Assembly (NCBI GenBank): GCA_030426085.1
Contig: JAUHYW010000012.1
Location: forward strand, 84,509-148,508
Direction of reading: 5' to 3'
Source: a bacterium
GTDB taxonomy: Bacteria; Myxococcota_A; Bradymonadia; UBA7976; UBA1532
DNA length: 64,000 nt
Positions 1 through 9,439 of this stretch are shown here, one piece after another (within the stretch, counting starts at the first letter, position 1; each line of letters begins with the position of its first letter). A program made the translations under genes and the position numbers. A model generated the notes under the pieces. That model made no database searches. It was not told the origin of the DNA and saw only the letters and a program-made list of their open reading frames with translations.

Positions 1-14
1 CCGGGCCCGACGCG

Positions 15-1235
15 GTGCGTGACCTGCTGCGCGGCCACGCCCGGGCCCCCCGGGTGCAGCGCATCGCGCTCGTCGGCGGGCCGGGGGTGGCCGACGTCAC
101 CGTCGAGTCGCCCACCTTCGGCGACCCCGCCCGGTGGCGCGTCCGCACGCTCGAGCTGCCCCTGACCGGGGTGCCGGGCTACGCCGCGCTGCGCTACACC
201 TTCGGCCTCGAGGCGGCCTTCCTCGACCGCTTCGAAGCGATGGAGGCCGAGGTCATCGCCCCCCGGGCCGCGCTGGAGACCTACCGCGAAGAGCTGGCCG
301 CCGACTTCGCCCTGCGCTTCCTGCTGCCGCTGTTCGGGGCGGTGCTCGTCGCCGGCATCATCAGCGTCGTCGTCGGGCGGCGCATCACCCTGCGGCTCAA
401 GACGCTGCGCCACGCCATGGAGCAGGTCGCCGCCGGCGACCTCGAGGTGCGGGTGGCCCCCACCGGGCGGGACGAGGTGGCCGACCTCGCCCGGGGCTTC
501 AACGACATGACCCGCCGCCTGCGCGAGAGCCGGACCCGCATCGAGCACCTGACCCGGGTCTCGGCCTTCCAGGGCATCGCCCGCCGGCTGGCCCACGAGA
601 TCAAGAACCCGCTGACCCCGATATTGCTCGCGGTGCAGCAGATCCACCGCAGCTACAAGGGCGACGACGCCCGCTACCGGCGCACCCTCGACAGCGCCCA
701 CGAGATCGTCGTCGACGAGGTCGCCACCCTCGAGCGGCTGGTGACCAACTTCAGCCGGTTCGCCAAGCTGCCCACCGCCGAGCGGGTCGACGAGGACCTC
801 GCCGCGTTCGCCCGGGACATCGTCGCCGCCCACCCCGAGATCGAGGGCCTGAGCGCCGAGACCCCCGACCGGCCGGCGGTCGCCGCGGTCGACAAGGGGC
901 TCTTGCGGCAGGCGCTGACCAACCTCGTCAAGAACGCCGGTGAAGCGCTGCGCGACGTCGAGCGGGCGCCGCGTGTCACACTGCGGGTCGAGCCGACGGC
1001 GGACGCGGTGCGGCTCGTCGTCGAGGACAACGGGCCGGGGGTGCCCCGGGACGCGCGGGAGCGCATCTTCGAGCCCTACGTCACCGGCAAGGACGACGGC
1101 ACCGGCCTGGGGCTGGCCATCGTCAAGAAGATCGTGCTCGATCACGATGGATCCATCGCGGTGACCGACAGCGCCCACGGCGGCGCCCGATTCGAGATCG
1201 TGCTGCCGCGCCACGTCGAAGGAGAGCCCGGGTGA
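15..1235 (+). CDS. Membrane sensor histidine kinase (HAMP-HisKA-HATPase, NtrY-like); probably 5'-truncated by the window edge
   Basis: TM segment, HAMP (GRDEVADLARGFNDM), H-box LAHEIKNPL, N-box NLVKNA, G-boxes DNGPG and GTGLGL. Confidence 0.9.
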   Translation: MRDLLRGHARAPRVQRIALVGGPGVADVTVESPTFGDPARWRVRTLELPLTGVPGYAALRYTFGLEAAFLDRFEAMEAEVIAPRAALETYREELAADFALRFLLPLFGAVLVAGIISVVVGRRITLRLKTLRHAMEQVAAGDLEVRVAPTGRDEVADLARGFNDMTRRLRESRTRIEHLTRVSAFQGIARRLAHEIKNPLTPILLAVQQIHRSYKGDDARYRRTLDSAHEIVVDEVATLERLVTNFSRFAKLPTAERVDEDLAAFARDIVAAHPEIEGLSAETPDRPAVAAVDKGLLRQALTNLVKNAGEALRDVERAPRVTLRVEPTADAVRLVVEDNGPGVPRDARERIFEPYVTGKDDGTGLGLAIVKKIVLDHDGSIAVTDSAHGGARFEIVLPRHVEGEPG

Positions 1236-3919
1236 TGCGCAATCGCCGGACGTCGCTGGCCCTGCTCGTGGGGGCCCTCTTCACCCCCGGCGTCGGCTGG
1301 GGCCAGACCCCCGCTGAAGAGGCGCCGCCCGCCGAAGAGGCGCCCCCCGCCGAAGAGGCGCCCCCCGCCGAAGAAGCGCCGGCCGAAGAGGCCGTCGCGC
1401 CCGCGCTGCCCGACGGCTTCGAGCCGCCGCGGCTGCTCCAGGAGGTCCAGGCGGCCTATCCCCCCGAGGCCCAGGCCGAGAAGCTCGCCGGCGACGTCGT
1501 CCTCCAGCTCACCGTCGACGAGGAGGGCGCCGTCAGCGAGGCCGCCGTCGTGCAGTCGGCCCACCCGCTGCTCGACCAGGCGGCGCTCGAGGCCGGGTTC
1601 CAGCTCGTCTTCGAGCCGGCGAAGATGAACGGCGAGCCGGTGCCGGTGCAGCTCAACTACCGCTACGGCTTCACCTACGTCGAAGAGAAGGTCGAGGTCG
1701 CCGCGCCGGTCGACGAAGAGCAGCCCACCGGCACCCTCGAAGGCCGGCTCTACGAGCGGGGCAGCGTCGACCCGCTGCCCGGGGTGCGGGTCATCCTGCG
1801 CGAGCTCGAGCTCGAGACCTTCAGCGACGCCGAGGGCCGCTTCCGCTTCGAGGCGGTGCCCGCCGGGCCGGTCATCATCGCCATCGAGGACGACGTCTAC
1901 GGCGACCTCGAAGACGAGGAGGTCATCCAGGCCGGCGAGGCGGTCGAGGTCACCTACCGGCTCGAGAAGGAGAGCTTCGGCGACCGCATCCAGGTGTTCG
2001 GCAAGCGCCCCAAGAAGGAGGTCGTGCGCCGCACCATCACCGTCGAGGAGATCCGGACCATCCCCGGCACCAACGGCGACGCGCTCGGCGTCGTGCAGAA
2101 CCTGCCCGGCGTCGCCCGGACCCCCTTCGGCCAGACCGACCTCATCCTGCGCGGCGGGGGCAACACCCAGGCCTTCCTCAACCAGCAGCCGATCCCGATC
2201 CCGTTCCACTTCGGCGGGGTGCGCTCGACGGTGGCCAGCGCGCTCATCGAGAGCATCGACGTCTACCCGGGCAACTTCGACCCGGAGTACGGCCGGGTGA
2301 GCGGAGGCATCGTCGACATCCGCCTGCGCGAGCCGCGCACCGACCGGCTGCACGGCTACGTCGAGGCCGACTTCTTCGACGCCGGGGTGCTCGTCGAGGG
2401 CCCGGTGGGCGACAACGGCGGCTTCGCCATCGCCCTGCGCCGCAGCTACTTCGACGTGCTGCTCGCCAACGCCCCCCTGCCCAGCAGCTTCAGCATCACC
2501 ACCGCGCCCCGGTGGTACGACGGGCAGATCCTCTACGAGTACAAGAAGGGCGGCCACCGCCTGCGGGCGCTGGCCTACGGGTCGAGCGACCAGTTCGAGT
2601 CGATCATCGAAGAGCCGCCCGAGCAGAACACCCTCATCCGGGGGGACGCGGTGGCCAAGCTCGAGTGGGTCGGGGGGCAGGTCGAGCACACCTGGGATCT
2701 CGACGAGACCGTGCAGCACACGCTCAACGTGGCCTACCTGCTCAGCGGCATCGAGTTCGGGGTGGGCGAGATCTTCCGGCTCGATTTCCTCTTCCACGAG
2801 CTGTACATCCGCGACACGCTGCGGGCGACGCTCGACGACGGGCTCGACCTGCGCCTGGGCATGGACGTCGTCAACCGCTGGGCCTCGATCGGGGCCCTCG
2901 GCGCGGCGACCGGCCCCCCTCGGGAAGGCGAGACCGGCGGCGGGTTCGGCTCCGACGAGACGGTCAGCATCGACTACGACGACTTCGAGGCCAACTGCGC
3001 GCTGTTCGGCGCCCTCGAGTGGAAGCTCGGCCCGGTCCTGCTCGTGCCCGGGGTGCGGTTCGACGTCTTCAGCACGATCGACGACTACCGGCTTCAGCCC
3101 CGGTTCTCGGCCCGGTGGGAGGTCACCGAAGGCACCGTGGTCAAGGCCGGCGTCGGGCGCTACGTCGAGCCGCCCGAGGGGCAGGACACCGCCCCCGGCT
3201 TCGGCAACCCGAACCTCGTCGCCGAGGACAGCCTGCACTACTCGGTGGGCTTCGAGCAGGACTTCACCGACGCGATCAACCTCGACGTGAGCGTCTACTA
3301 CAAGACCTTCGACGAGCTGGTGACCCGGGCCCAGAGCATCGACGCGGCCTCGGTCGACCCCAGCGCGGCGTTCGGGGGCACCGGGCCGTCGCTGCTCAAC
3401 CAGGGCGAGGGGCGGGCCTACGGCCTCGAGTTCCTGCTGCGGCACGACTTCAGCGACCGGGTCTTCGGCTGGATCAGCTACACCCTCCAGCGCAGCGAGC
3501 GCCGCGACCGGCCGGGCGAGGACTGGCGGCTGTTCGACTTCGACCAGACCCACAACCTGGTCCTGATCGGGCAGTACAAGCTGACCCCCAAGTGGAGCCT
3601 CGGCTTCCGGTTCCGGGTGGTCAGCGGCAACCCCGACACCCCGATCGTCGACGCGGTGTTCGACGCCAACACCGGCACCTATGTGTCGATCGCCGGCGAG
3701 GCCAACAGCACCCGCCAGCCGACGTTCAACCAGCTCGACATCCGGGTCGACCGGGAGTGGGTGTTCGACACCTGGCGCCTGATCGGCTACCTCGACCTGC
3801 GCAACGCCCTCAACGCGGCCAACGCGGCGGGCTTCCAGTACAACTACGACTACACCCAGCGCACGCGGGCCTTCGAGATCCCGATCTTCCCGTCGTTCGG
3901 CTTGAGGGGGGAGTTCTGA
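1232..3919 (+). CDS. TonB C-terminal domain fused to a TonB-dependent receptor (with carboxypeptidase-regulatory-like domain)
   Basis: Signal peptide; YPPEAQ..GDVVLQLTVDEEGAV..FEPAKMNGEPVPV (TonB_C); plug-like segment VVQNLPGV..YGRVSGGIVDI; barrel ending in GEF (terminal Phe); start overlaps the kinase stop. Confidence 0.85.
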   Translation: MMRNRRTSLALLVGALFTPGVGWGQTPAEEAPPAEEAPPAEEAPPAEEAPAEEAVAPALPDGFEPPRLLQEVQAAYPPEAQAEKLAGDVVLQLTVDEEGAVSEAAVVQSAHPLLDQAALEAGFQLVFEPAKMNGEPVPVQLNYRYGFTYVEEKVEVAAPVDEEQPTGTLEGRLYERGSVDPLPGVRVILRELELETFSDAEGRFRFEAVPAGPVIIAIEDDVYGDLEDEEVIQAGEAVEVTYRLEKESFGDRIQVFGKRPKKEVVRRTITVEEIRTIPGTNGDALGVVQNLPGVARTPFGQTDLILRGGGNTQAFLNQQPIPIPFHFGGVRSTVASALIESIDVYPGNFDPEYGRVSGGIVDIRLREPRTDRLHGYVEADFFDAGVLVEGPVGDNGGFAIALRRSYFDVLLANAPLPSSFSITTAPRWYDGQILYEYKKGGHRLRALAYGSSDQFESIIEEPPEQNTLIRGDAVAKLEWVGGQVEHTWDLDETVQHTLNVAYLLSGIEFGVGEIFRLDFLFHELYIRDTLRATLDDGLDLRLGMDVVNRWASIGALGAATGPPREGETGGGFGSDETVSIDYDDFEANCALFGALEWKLGPVLLVPGVRFDVFSTIDDYRLQPRFSARWEVTEGTVVKAGVGRYVEPPEGQDTAPGFGNPNLVAEDSLHYSVGFEQDFTDAINLDVSVYYKTFDELVTRAQSIDAASVDPSAAFGGTGPSLLNQGEGRAYGLEFLLRHDFSDRVFGWISYTLQRSERRDRPGEDWRLFDFDQTHNLVLIGQYKLTPKWSLGFRFRVVSGNPDTPIVDAVFDANTGTYVSIAGEANSTRQPTFNQLDIRVDREWVFDTWRLIGYLDLRNALNAANAAGFQYNYDYTQRTRAFEIPIFPSFGLRGEF
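1313..1392 (+). repeat. 18-bp tandem repeat encoding about four AEEAPP units (linker)
   Basis: gccgaagaggcgcccccc-type units read directly. Confidence 0.85.
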
Positions 3920-4809
3920 TGCGTCGCCTCGCCTTGATCATCGGCTTCGTGGGGCTCGTCGGCTGCGGGCCGGAGTTCGACCCGTTCCACCTCGCCAACA
4001 AGTTCCGCATCCTCACCATCAAGACCGAGCCGCCCGAGCTGGTGCTCGACCCGGGCCTGCTGACCGGCGAGATCACCGGCCCGGTGACCCTGCCTCCGCC
4101 GGTGGAGATGACCGCGCTGCACCCGCCGGCCGATGGCATCCGGTGGCGGTGGGACGTGTGCCTGCTCAGCCTCGACTCGCTCAACGGCTTCCAGTGTGTC
4201 ACCCCCGAGCTCGAGGTGACGCTGCCATCGACCGATGACACCGCGACGCTCGACCTGCTCCAGGTGCTGACCGCCATCGCGGGGGACTTCGGCGGGATCC
4301 CCGATGGCATGGGCGGCGCCGATGCCATGGACGGCGCCGCCTGCCCGCCCTTCCTGGCGCTGCCCGACGGGTCGTGCCTCGGCCGGCTCGACGTCCAGGT
4401 GAAGGTGACCGCCGGCCCGCCGGGCGAGGAGATCGTGGCGGTGCGCAAGGTGCCGGTGTACTTCGACGCCGAGCGCGAGCCGAACCGCAACCCGGACGTG
4501 ACCGGGATCACGGTGACCGGCGATCCGGTGCGGGGCGGCGAGATCACCCTGACCGCCGAGCTGGACGATGCGAGCCTGGAGACGTTCGTGAACCTCAGCG
4601 GCGACACCCGGACCGAGCGGCCGGTGATGAGCTGGTTCACCACCGCCGGGGAGCTCCAGCCGGGGGCCACGTTCGACGACGACCGCGACACGACGCTGGT
4701 GCTGCCGACCGACGAGACGCTCGACACGGTCGAGGTCTACGTCGTCGTACGGGACGGGGACGAGCGGCGGGGCATCGACTTCGAGACGGTCAGCATCACT
4801 CTGGAGTGA
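3919..4809 (+). CDS. Lipoprotein, probable partner of the TBDR
   Basis: ATG overlaps the TBDR stop (TGATG); lipobox-like LVGC after hydrophobic MRRLALIIGFVG. Confidence 0.8.
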   Translation: MRRLALIIGFVGLVGCGPEFDPFHLANKFRILTIKTEPPELVLDPGLLTGEITGPVTLPPPVEMTALHPPADGIRWRWDVCLLSLDSLNGFQCVTPELEVTLPSTDDTATLDLLQVLTAIAGDFGGIPDGMGGADAMDGAACPPFLALPDGSCLGRLDVQVKVTAGPPGEEIVAVRKVPVYFDAEREPNRNPDVTGITVTGDPVRGGEITLTAELDDASLETFVNLSGDTRTERPVMSWFTTAGELQPGATFDDDRDTTLVLPTDETLDTVEVYVVVRDGDERRGIDFETVSITLE

Positions 4810-4907
4810 GGCGGGCTGCGCCGGCTCGGTGATGCATTTCGCCCCGCCTGCGGGGCAAGGCTCCCCAGTCGGCGTCGCCCGACCGGCCGGAGGGCGCCTG
4901 GGGCGGG

Positions 4908-4925
4908 CTGGCCCGGGCCCTGCAA
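4908..4925 (+). promoter_or_regulatory. Putative sigma54 -24/-12 promoter of the pfpI-cls pair
   Basis: CTGGCCCGGGCCCTGCAA: GG-N10-GC spacing, about 35 bp upstream of the ATG at 4961 (AGGAG RBS). Confidence 0.55.
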
Positions 4926-4960
4926 TCATGAGGGGTATCCATCCACCGGAAGGAGACCCC

Positions 4961-5476
4961 ATGGCTCACATCGCCGCCCTCGTCGGGCCCGAATTCGAAG
5001 ACTGCGAACTGACCCACCCCGCCCGCGCGCTCGGCGAGGCGGGGCACACCCTCGACATCCTCGGGCGGGCGGCCGGCGAGACAGTCGAGGGCAAGTCCGA
5101 AGGCACCCGGGTCAAAGTCCAGAAGCGGGCCAGCCAGGCCGACCCCGCGGACTACGCGGCGCTGTTGATCCCCGGCGGCCACGCGCCCGACCACCTGCGC
5201 ATCGACCCCGGCGTGGTCGGCTTCGTGCGGGCGTTCGACAAGCTCGAGCGGCCCATCGCCGCCATCTGCCACGGGCCGCAGCTCCTCATCGAGGCCGGCG
5301 TCGTCCAGGGCCGCCGCCTGACGAGCTGGCCCTCGGTGCGCACCGACCTGAAGAACGCCGGGGCCGAGGTGGTCGACGCGCAGGTCTGCGAAGACGGGCA
5401 CCTGATCACGTCTCGGAAGCCGGACGACCTCGACGCCTTCTCGGTGGCGCTGCTCGAGCGCCTCGGCGGCCGCTGA
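4961..5476 (+). CDS. PfpI/DJ-1 family protein (type 1 glutamine amidotransferase-like)
   Basis: FED.E motif, IPGG, catalytic AICHGP, ITSR.PDDL; AGGAG RBS. Confidence 0.92.
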   Translation: MAHIAALVGPEFEDCELTHPARALGEAGHTLDILGRAAGETVEGKSEGTRVKVQKRASQADPADYAALLIPGGHAPDHLRIDPGVVGFVRAFDKLERPIAAICHGPQLLIEAGVVQGRRLTSWPSVRTDLKNAGAEVVDAQVCEDGHLITSRKPDDLDAFSVALLERLGGR

Positions 5477-6657
5477 TGGTGGTCGCCTTCGCCCGCGCCG
5501 ACGCCCCGGCGCCCGACCCGTACATCGCCGAGCGGGTCGAGGCGGTCACCGGCTTCCCCGCGACCCCCGGCAACCGGGTCGACGTGCTGCGCAACGGGGT
5601 CGAGATCTTCCCCGCGATGCTCGACGCCATCCGCAGCGCCGAGCGGGTCATCGAGTTCATGACCTTCGTCTACTGGAAGGGCGACATCGCCCGCCGCTTC
5701 GCCGACGCCCTCGCCGAGCGGGCCCGGGCGGGGATCACCGTGCGGGTGCTGCTCGACGCCTACGGGGCCCACCCCATGGATCGGGCGCTCATCGAGCGCA
5801 TGCGCGAGGCGTCGTGCCGGGTCGAGTGGCTGCGCCCGCTGAGCACCCGCCCGTGGAAGATCGAGAGCCGCAGCCACCGCAAGCTGCTCATCTGCGACAA
5901 CACCGTGGCCTTCACCGGCGGGGTCGGCATCGCCGCCGAGTGGGAGGGCGACGCCCGGGACGCCGACGAGTGGCGCGATACGCACTTCCGGGTGCAGGGG
6001 CCGGCGGTCGCCGGGCTGCGGGCGGCCTTCGCCGACAACTGGATCGAGGCCACCGGCCGGCTCGACGTCGCCCCCCACGAAGCCCGCCCCGAACCCCGGG
6101 ACGACGGGGCGCCGGTGCAGGTCATCCCGTCGTCCGACCGCGTCGGCTGGAACCCGGCGGCGCTGGTGCTGACGGTCCTGATCGAGCAGGCCCGGACCCG
6201 CATCCGCATCGCCACCCCCTACTTCACCCCGGCCACCGACCTGCTCGACCGGCTGTGCGCGGCGGTCGACCGGGGGGTCGAGCTGGAGCTGCTCGTGCCC
6301 GGCGAGCACATCGACTCCCGCCTCTCGCGGCTGGCCGGCGAGGCGGTGTTCGACCGGCTGCTCGAGTGCGGGGCGGCGATCTACCGCTTCGAGCCGTCGA
6401 TGCTGCACCAGAAGCTGATCCTGGTCGACGACCGGGCGGCCTGCGTCGGCTCGGCCAACGTCAACGGCCGCTCGATGCGCCAGGACGACGAGATCTCGAT
6501 GGTGCTCTACGGCGAGGCGGCCATCGCGCAGCTCTCGGCGGACTTCGAGGCCGACCTCGAGCGATCGACCCGGATCCCCGACGCCGCCTGGCGCGAGCGG
6601 CCGTGGTACCGGCGCCTCGTCGAGTGGTTCGTCTGGCGCTTCCGGCGCCACCTGTGA
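5476..6657 (+). CDS. Cardiolipin synthase / phospholipase D family (ClsB-like)
   Basis: Two HKD motifs (HRKLLICD, HQKLILVD), WRDTH, GSAN; translationally coupled to the pfpI-like gene. Confidence 0.9.
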   Translation: MVVAFARADAPAPDPYIAERVEAVTGFPATPGNRVDVLRNGVEIFPAMLDAIRSAERVIEFMTFVYWKGDIARRFADALAERARAGITVRVLLDAYGAHPMDRALIERMREASCRVEWLRPLSTRPWKIESRSHRKLLICDNTVAFTGGVGIAAEWEGDARDADEWRDTHFRVQGPAVAGLRAAFADNWIEATGRLDVAPHEARPEPRDDGAPVQVIPSSDRVGWNPAALVLTVLIEQARTRIRIATPYFTPATDLLDRLCAAVDRGVELELLVPGEHIDSRLSRLAGEAVFDRLLECGAAIYRFEPSMLHQKLILVDDRAACVGSANVNGRSMRQDDEISMVLYGEAAIAQLSADFEADLERSTRIPDAAWRERPWYRRLVEWFVWRFRRHL

Positions 6658-6661
6658 GCCC

Positions 6662-8116
6662 TCAGCAGGGGCAGTCCAGGTCGAGGATCGGCAGGGTGCT
6701 CGCCGGGGCGTAGGCCCCGTCCTTCGGGGCGTAGACCGCCCCGTCGCCGCTGTAGCCCTCGACCCCGATCAGGGACGGCAGCGCCCCCCCCAGATCCATG
6801 GCCGCGGCGGGGGTGAACGGCTCGGCGACCGGCTGCCCGATGGGCGTCAGCCGGAGGCCGTCGACGGTGAACGCCTGCCACAGCCCGCCCCCGAAGCCGC
6901 CGCAGCCCAGGCCGGCGTCCATCTTGATCACCGCCAGCGCCGCGCCGCCCGGCGCGGTGAAGCCCCGGGCCGTGATCCGGGTGACCCCCGCCCCGTCCCA
7001 CGGGCCCGCGCCCGCCCCGTGCTGCGCCTCGTAGGCCGCCTGGATGTCCTTCCAGGCGTCGCTGCGCCGGATCTGCTCGACCGCCGCGTTCTGCTGCGCG
7101 GGCGGCACCGGCGTCGGACGCCAGGTGGCGGCAGCCGGCCGGTCGGGCCCCTCGAGCCGGGCGAACACCGCGCCCGCGCAGTCGGTGGCCGCCTTGTCGA
7201 CCTTGCCCGCCAGGTAGCGCCCACCGCCGTCGCTCATCTGCCACACGGCGGCCGCGACCTCGTCCGCGCTCGCCTTCTTGCCGCCCGGCTGCATCTCGCC
7301 ATCCCAGGTCTGCACCGCCCCGAAGTGGGGGATGACCATGCCCAGCACGACGACCTCTTCGATGGTGCCCCCGCAGCGGCGGCCGTTGGGGCCGTAGAGG
7401 GTGACCGCCCGGCCGACGTGCGGCGATCGGGGGGCCGCGGCGGCGGCGACGTACGGCCGGCCGCGGGCGAGCAGGCGGGGGGCGGCGGCGGTCTCGACCG
7501 GCTCGCTCAGGATGACGTACGGCGCGTCGAGCATACGCACGAAGCGGACCCCGGCCGGGCCGGCGTCCTGGGGCGCGGGGCCGATCACCGTCGAGGCGAG
7601 CATCTCCTCCCGAGCGATGCGGGGCTGCTTCTCGTGCAGCGTCATCACGAGCTGCTTGGGCCCCACGTCGCGGTAGTCGCCCGAGGCCCAGGTCTGGGTG
7701 AAGCGCACCCGGGCCGTGCCCGGCCCGGGGGTGACGCGCAGGTCGTCGGCGGACACCGTCATCGGCTTCTCGAACATGCGCCGACGGTCCTTCATCCAGC
7801 CGTCACGGTCGAAGCGTGAGGTGCGGGGCCCGGCCCGCTTGATGCCGAAGAAGCGGGGGGCGTAGGTCGCCGCGTAGGCTTCGAAGTCGCCGTCGTTCTG
7901 GGCGGCGAGCCACCGATCGAAGACCGCCCGGGCGGCCTGCTCGGTCAGCGTCGGCGCGACGGACGTCGGCGGATCGACCGGCGTCGGCGGCGGATCGACC
8001 GGCTTCGGCGGCGGCTCGACCGGCGTCGGCGGGGTCACTGGCTTCGGCGGCGGGGGGTCGTCGCTGCACCCGGGCAGCAGGCAGGCGGCGAGGAGCGCGA
8101 GGGCGAGGCGGGTCAT
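6662..8116 (-). CDS. Lipoprotein with Pro-rich linker and NTF2-like domain
   Basis: Lipobox LPGC; P-rich PPTPVDPP repeats; W..AQNDGDFEAY..Y..F and VRFTQTW..GDYRDVGPKQL..IAREE resemble an NTF2-like (DUF4440/Cds6 C-terminal type) fold. Confidence 0.7.
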   Translation of the reverse strand: MTRLALALLAACLLPGCSDDPPPPKPVTPPTPVEPPPKPVDPPPTPVDPPTSVAPTLTEQAARAVFDRWLAAQNDGDFEAYAATYAPRFFGIKRAGPRTSRFDRDGWMKDRRRMFEKPMTVSADDLRVTPGPGTARVRFTQTWASGDYRDVGPKQLVMTLHEKQPRIAREEMLASTVIGPAPQDAGPAGVRFVRMLDAPYVILSEPVETAAAPRLLARGRPYVAAAAAPRSPHVGRAVTLYGPNGRRCGGTIEEVVVLGMVIPHFGAVQTWDGEMQPGGKKASADEVAAAVWQMSDGGGRYLAGKVDKAATDCAGAVFARLEGPDRPAAATWRPTPVPPAQQNAAVEQIRRSDAWKDIQAAYEAQHGAGAGPWDGAGVTRITARGFTAPGGAALAVIKMDAGLGCGGFGGGLWQAFTVDGLRLTPIGQPVAEPFTPAAAMDLGGALPSLIGVEGYSGDGAVYAPKDGAYAPASTLPILDLDCPC

Positions 8117-8184
8117 GGGGGCCTCCGGCGGTTGCTCGGCACACTCAACCGCAGCCGGCCGCCGGACGCAATGGCGGCCGCCAA

Positions 8185-8364
8185 GGGCTCGTCAGGAAAT
8201 ATCCTCGGGCCTGCGGACCCGATCTCGAATCGCCTGCGGCGCTTTCGTCCTCGCCTGCTTCGTCGACGCACCTCGGGTGCGTCTTCCTCGCAGCCTGCGG
8301 GCGCGCAGCCGCAGGCGCTCCGATCTCGGGCCCTCGGCGATCCGAGCTATTTCCTTCCAAGCCC
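8185..8364. mobile_element. MITE-like palindromic element (~180 bp)
   Basis: Imperfect 17-bp terminal inverted repeats GGGCTCGTCAGGAAATA (8185-8201) / TATTTCCTTCCAAGCCC (8348-8364); nested stems CGCCTGCGGC/GCCGCAGGCG and GACGCACC-TCG-GGTGCGTC. Confidence 0.6.
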
Positions 8365-9410
8365 TACCGCCCCTTGCGCTCGAGCTCGGCCCGGATGGCC
8401 GCCACGAACGCCGCGGTGGGCTGAGCACCCGACAGCGGGATACCGTTGACGAAGAAGGCCGGGGTGCCCTCGACCCCCAGCGCCTTGCCCGCCTGCTGGT
8501 CGGCGGAGATGCCCGCGAGGTGCTTCGGATCGGAGAAGCAGGCCTGGAACTTCGCCCCGTCCAGCCCCAGCGCCTCGGCGTAGCCCTTGAAAGTCGCCGG
8601 GTCGAGGCTCTTCTGATCGGCGAAGAGCTTGTCGTGCATCGCGTAGTACTTGCCCTGGGCCCCCGCGCAGCGGGCGGCGATGGCCGCCGGCACCGCGTTG
8701 GCGTGGAACTCGAGGGGGAAGTCGCGGAATACGACCCGCACCTTGCCCGGGAACTGCGCCGCGGCGGCCTTGAGGCTCTCGGCGGCCCGGGCGCAGTAGG
8801 GGCACTCGTAGTCGGCGAACGAGACGATGGTCACCGGCGCGTCGGCCGGCCCCCGGGCGGGCCCCACCGCCTCGACCGGCAGGCGGAAGGGCTCCAGCGT
8901 CACCCGGACCTTCGCCTTCTCCCTGAGCCCGGTCACCAGCGCGTCGAAGCGCCCCTGGCGGGCCTCCTGGGCCAGATGCTCGGCGATGCGGGGGGCCATG
9001 TCTTCGAAGCTCGCGCCGCCCATCCGGGCCTGGTTGGCGGTGTAGAACGCCCGGACCTCGGCCTCGGGCGGGGCGGCGACCGGCTTCACCACCTCGGCCT
9101 CGATCAGCGCCTCGGCCCCGGCCAGCCCCCGGGCCTTCGCCTCGGACTCGAGCAGGCGCTCGGCGACGAGCTGTTCGAGGGCCTGCTGACGCAGCTCGGC
9201 CTCCTTCTTGGCGAGCTCGATGCGGGCCTTGCAGAGCTGGTCGGCGATCTGGGCGTCGACGTCGGCCAGGGTGAGGGTCCGGTCGCCGATCGTCGCCGCG
9301 GCCGACTTCGCGTCCGGGCGGGGGATGGCGGGGCAGGTCGGCCCGGCGAGGGCCGGCGTGGCGGACAGCGCGATCAGCGCCAGGGCCGCCGCGAACGGGG
9401 GACGATGCAT
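8364..9410 (-). CDS. DsbA-family thioredoxin-domain protein with SurA-like N-terminal region
   Basis: Signal peptide from MHRPPF; FADYECPYC; cis-Pro loop GTPAFF. Confidence 0.9.
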   Translation of the reverse strand: MHRPPFAAALALIALSATPALAGPTCPAIPRPDAKSAAATIGDRTLTLADVDAQIADQLCKARIELAKKEAELRQQALEQLVAERLLESEAKARGLAGAEALIEAEVVKPVAAPPEAEVRAFYTANQARMGGASFEDMAPRIAEHLAQEARQGRFDALVTGLREKAKVRVTLEPFRLPVEAVGPARGPADAPVTIVSFADYECPYCARAAESLKAAAAQFPGKVRVVFRDFPLEFHANAVPAAIAARCAGAQGKYYAMHDKLFADQKSLDPATFKGYAEALGLDGAKFQACFSDPKHLAGISADQQAGKALGVEGTPAFFVNGIPLSGAQPTAAFVAAIRAELERKGR

Positions 9411-9439
9411 GGGGTCTCCGATGATCCGGGGGATCGGGG

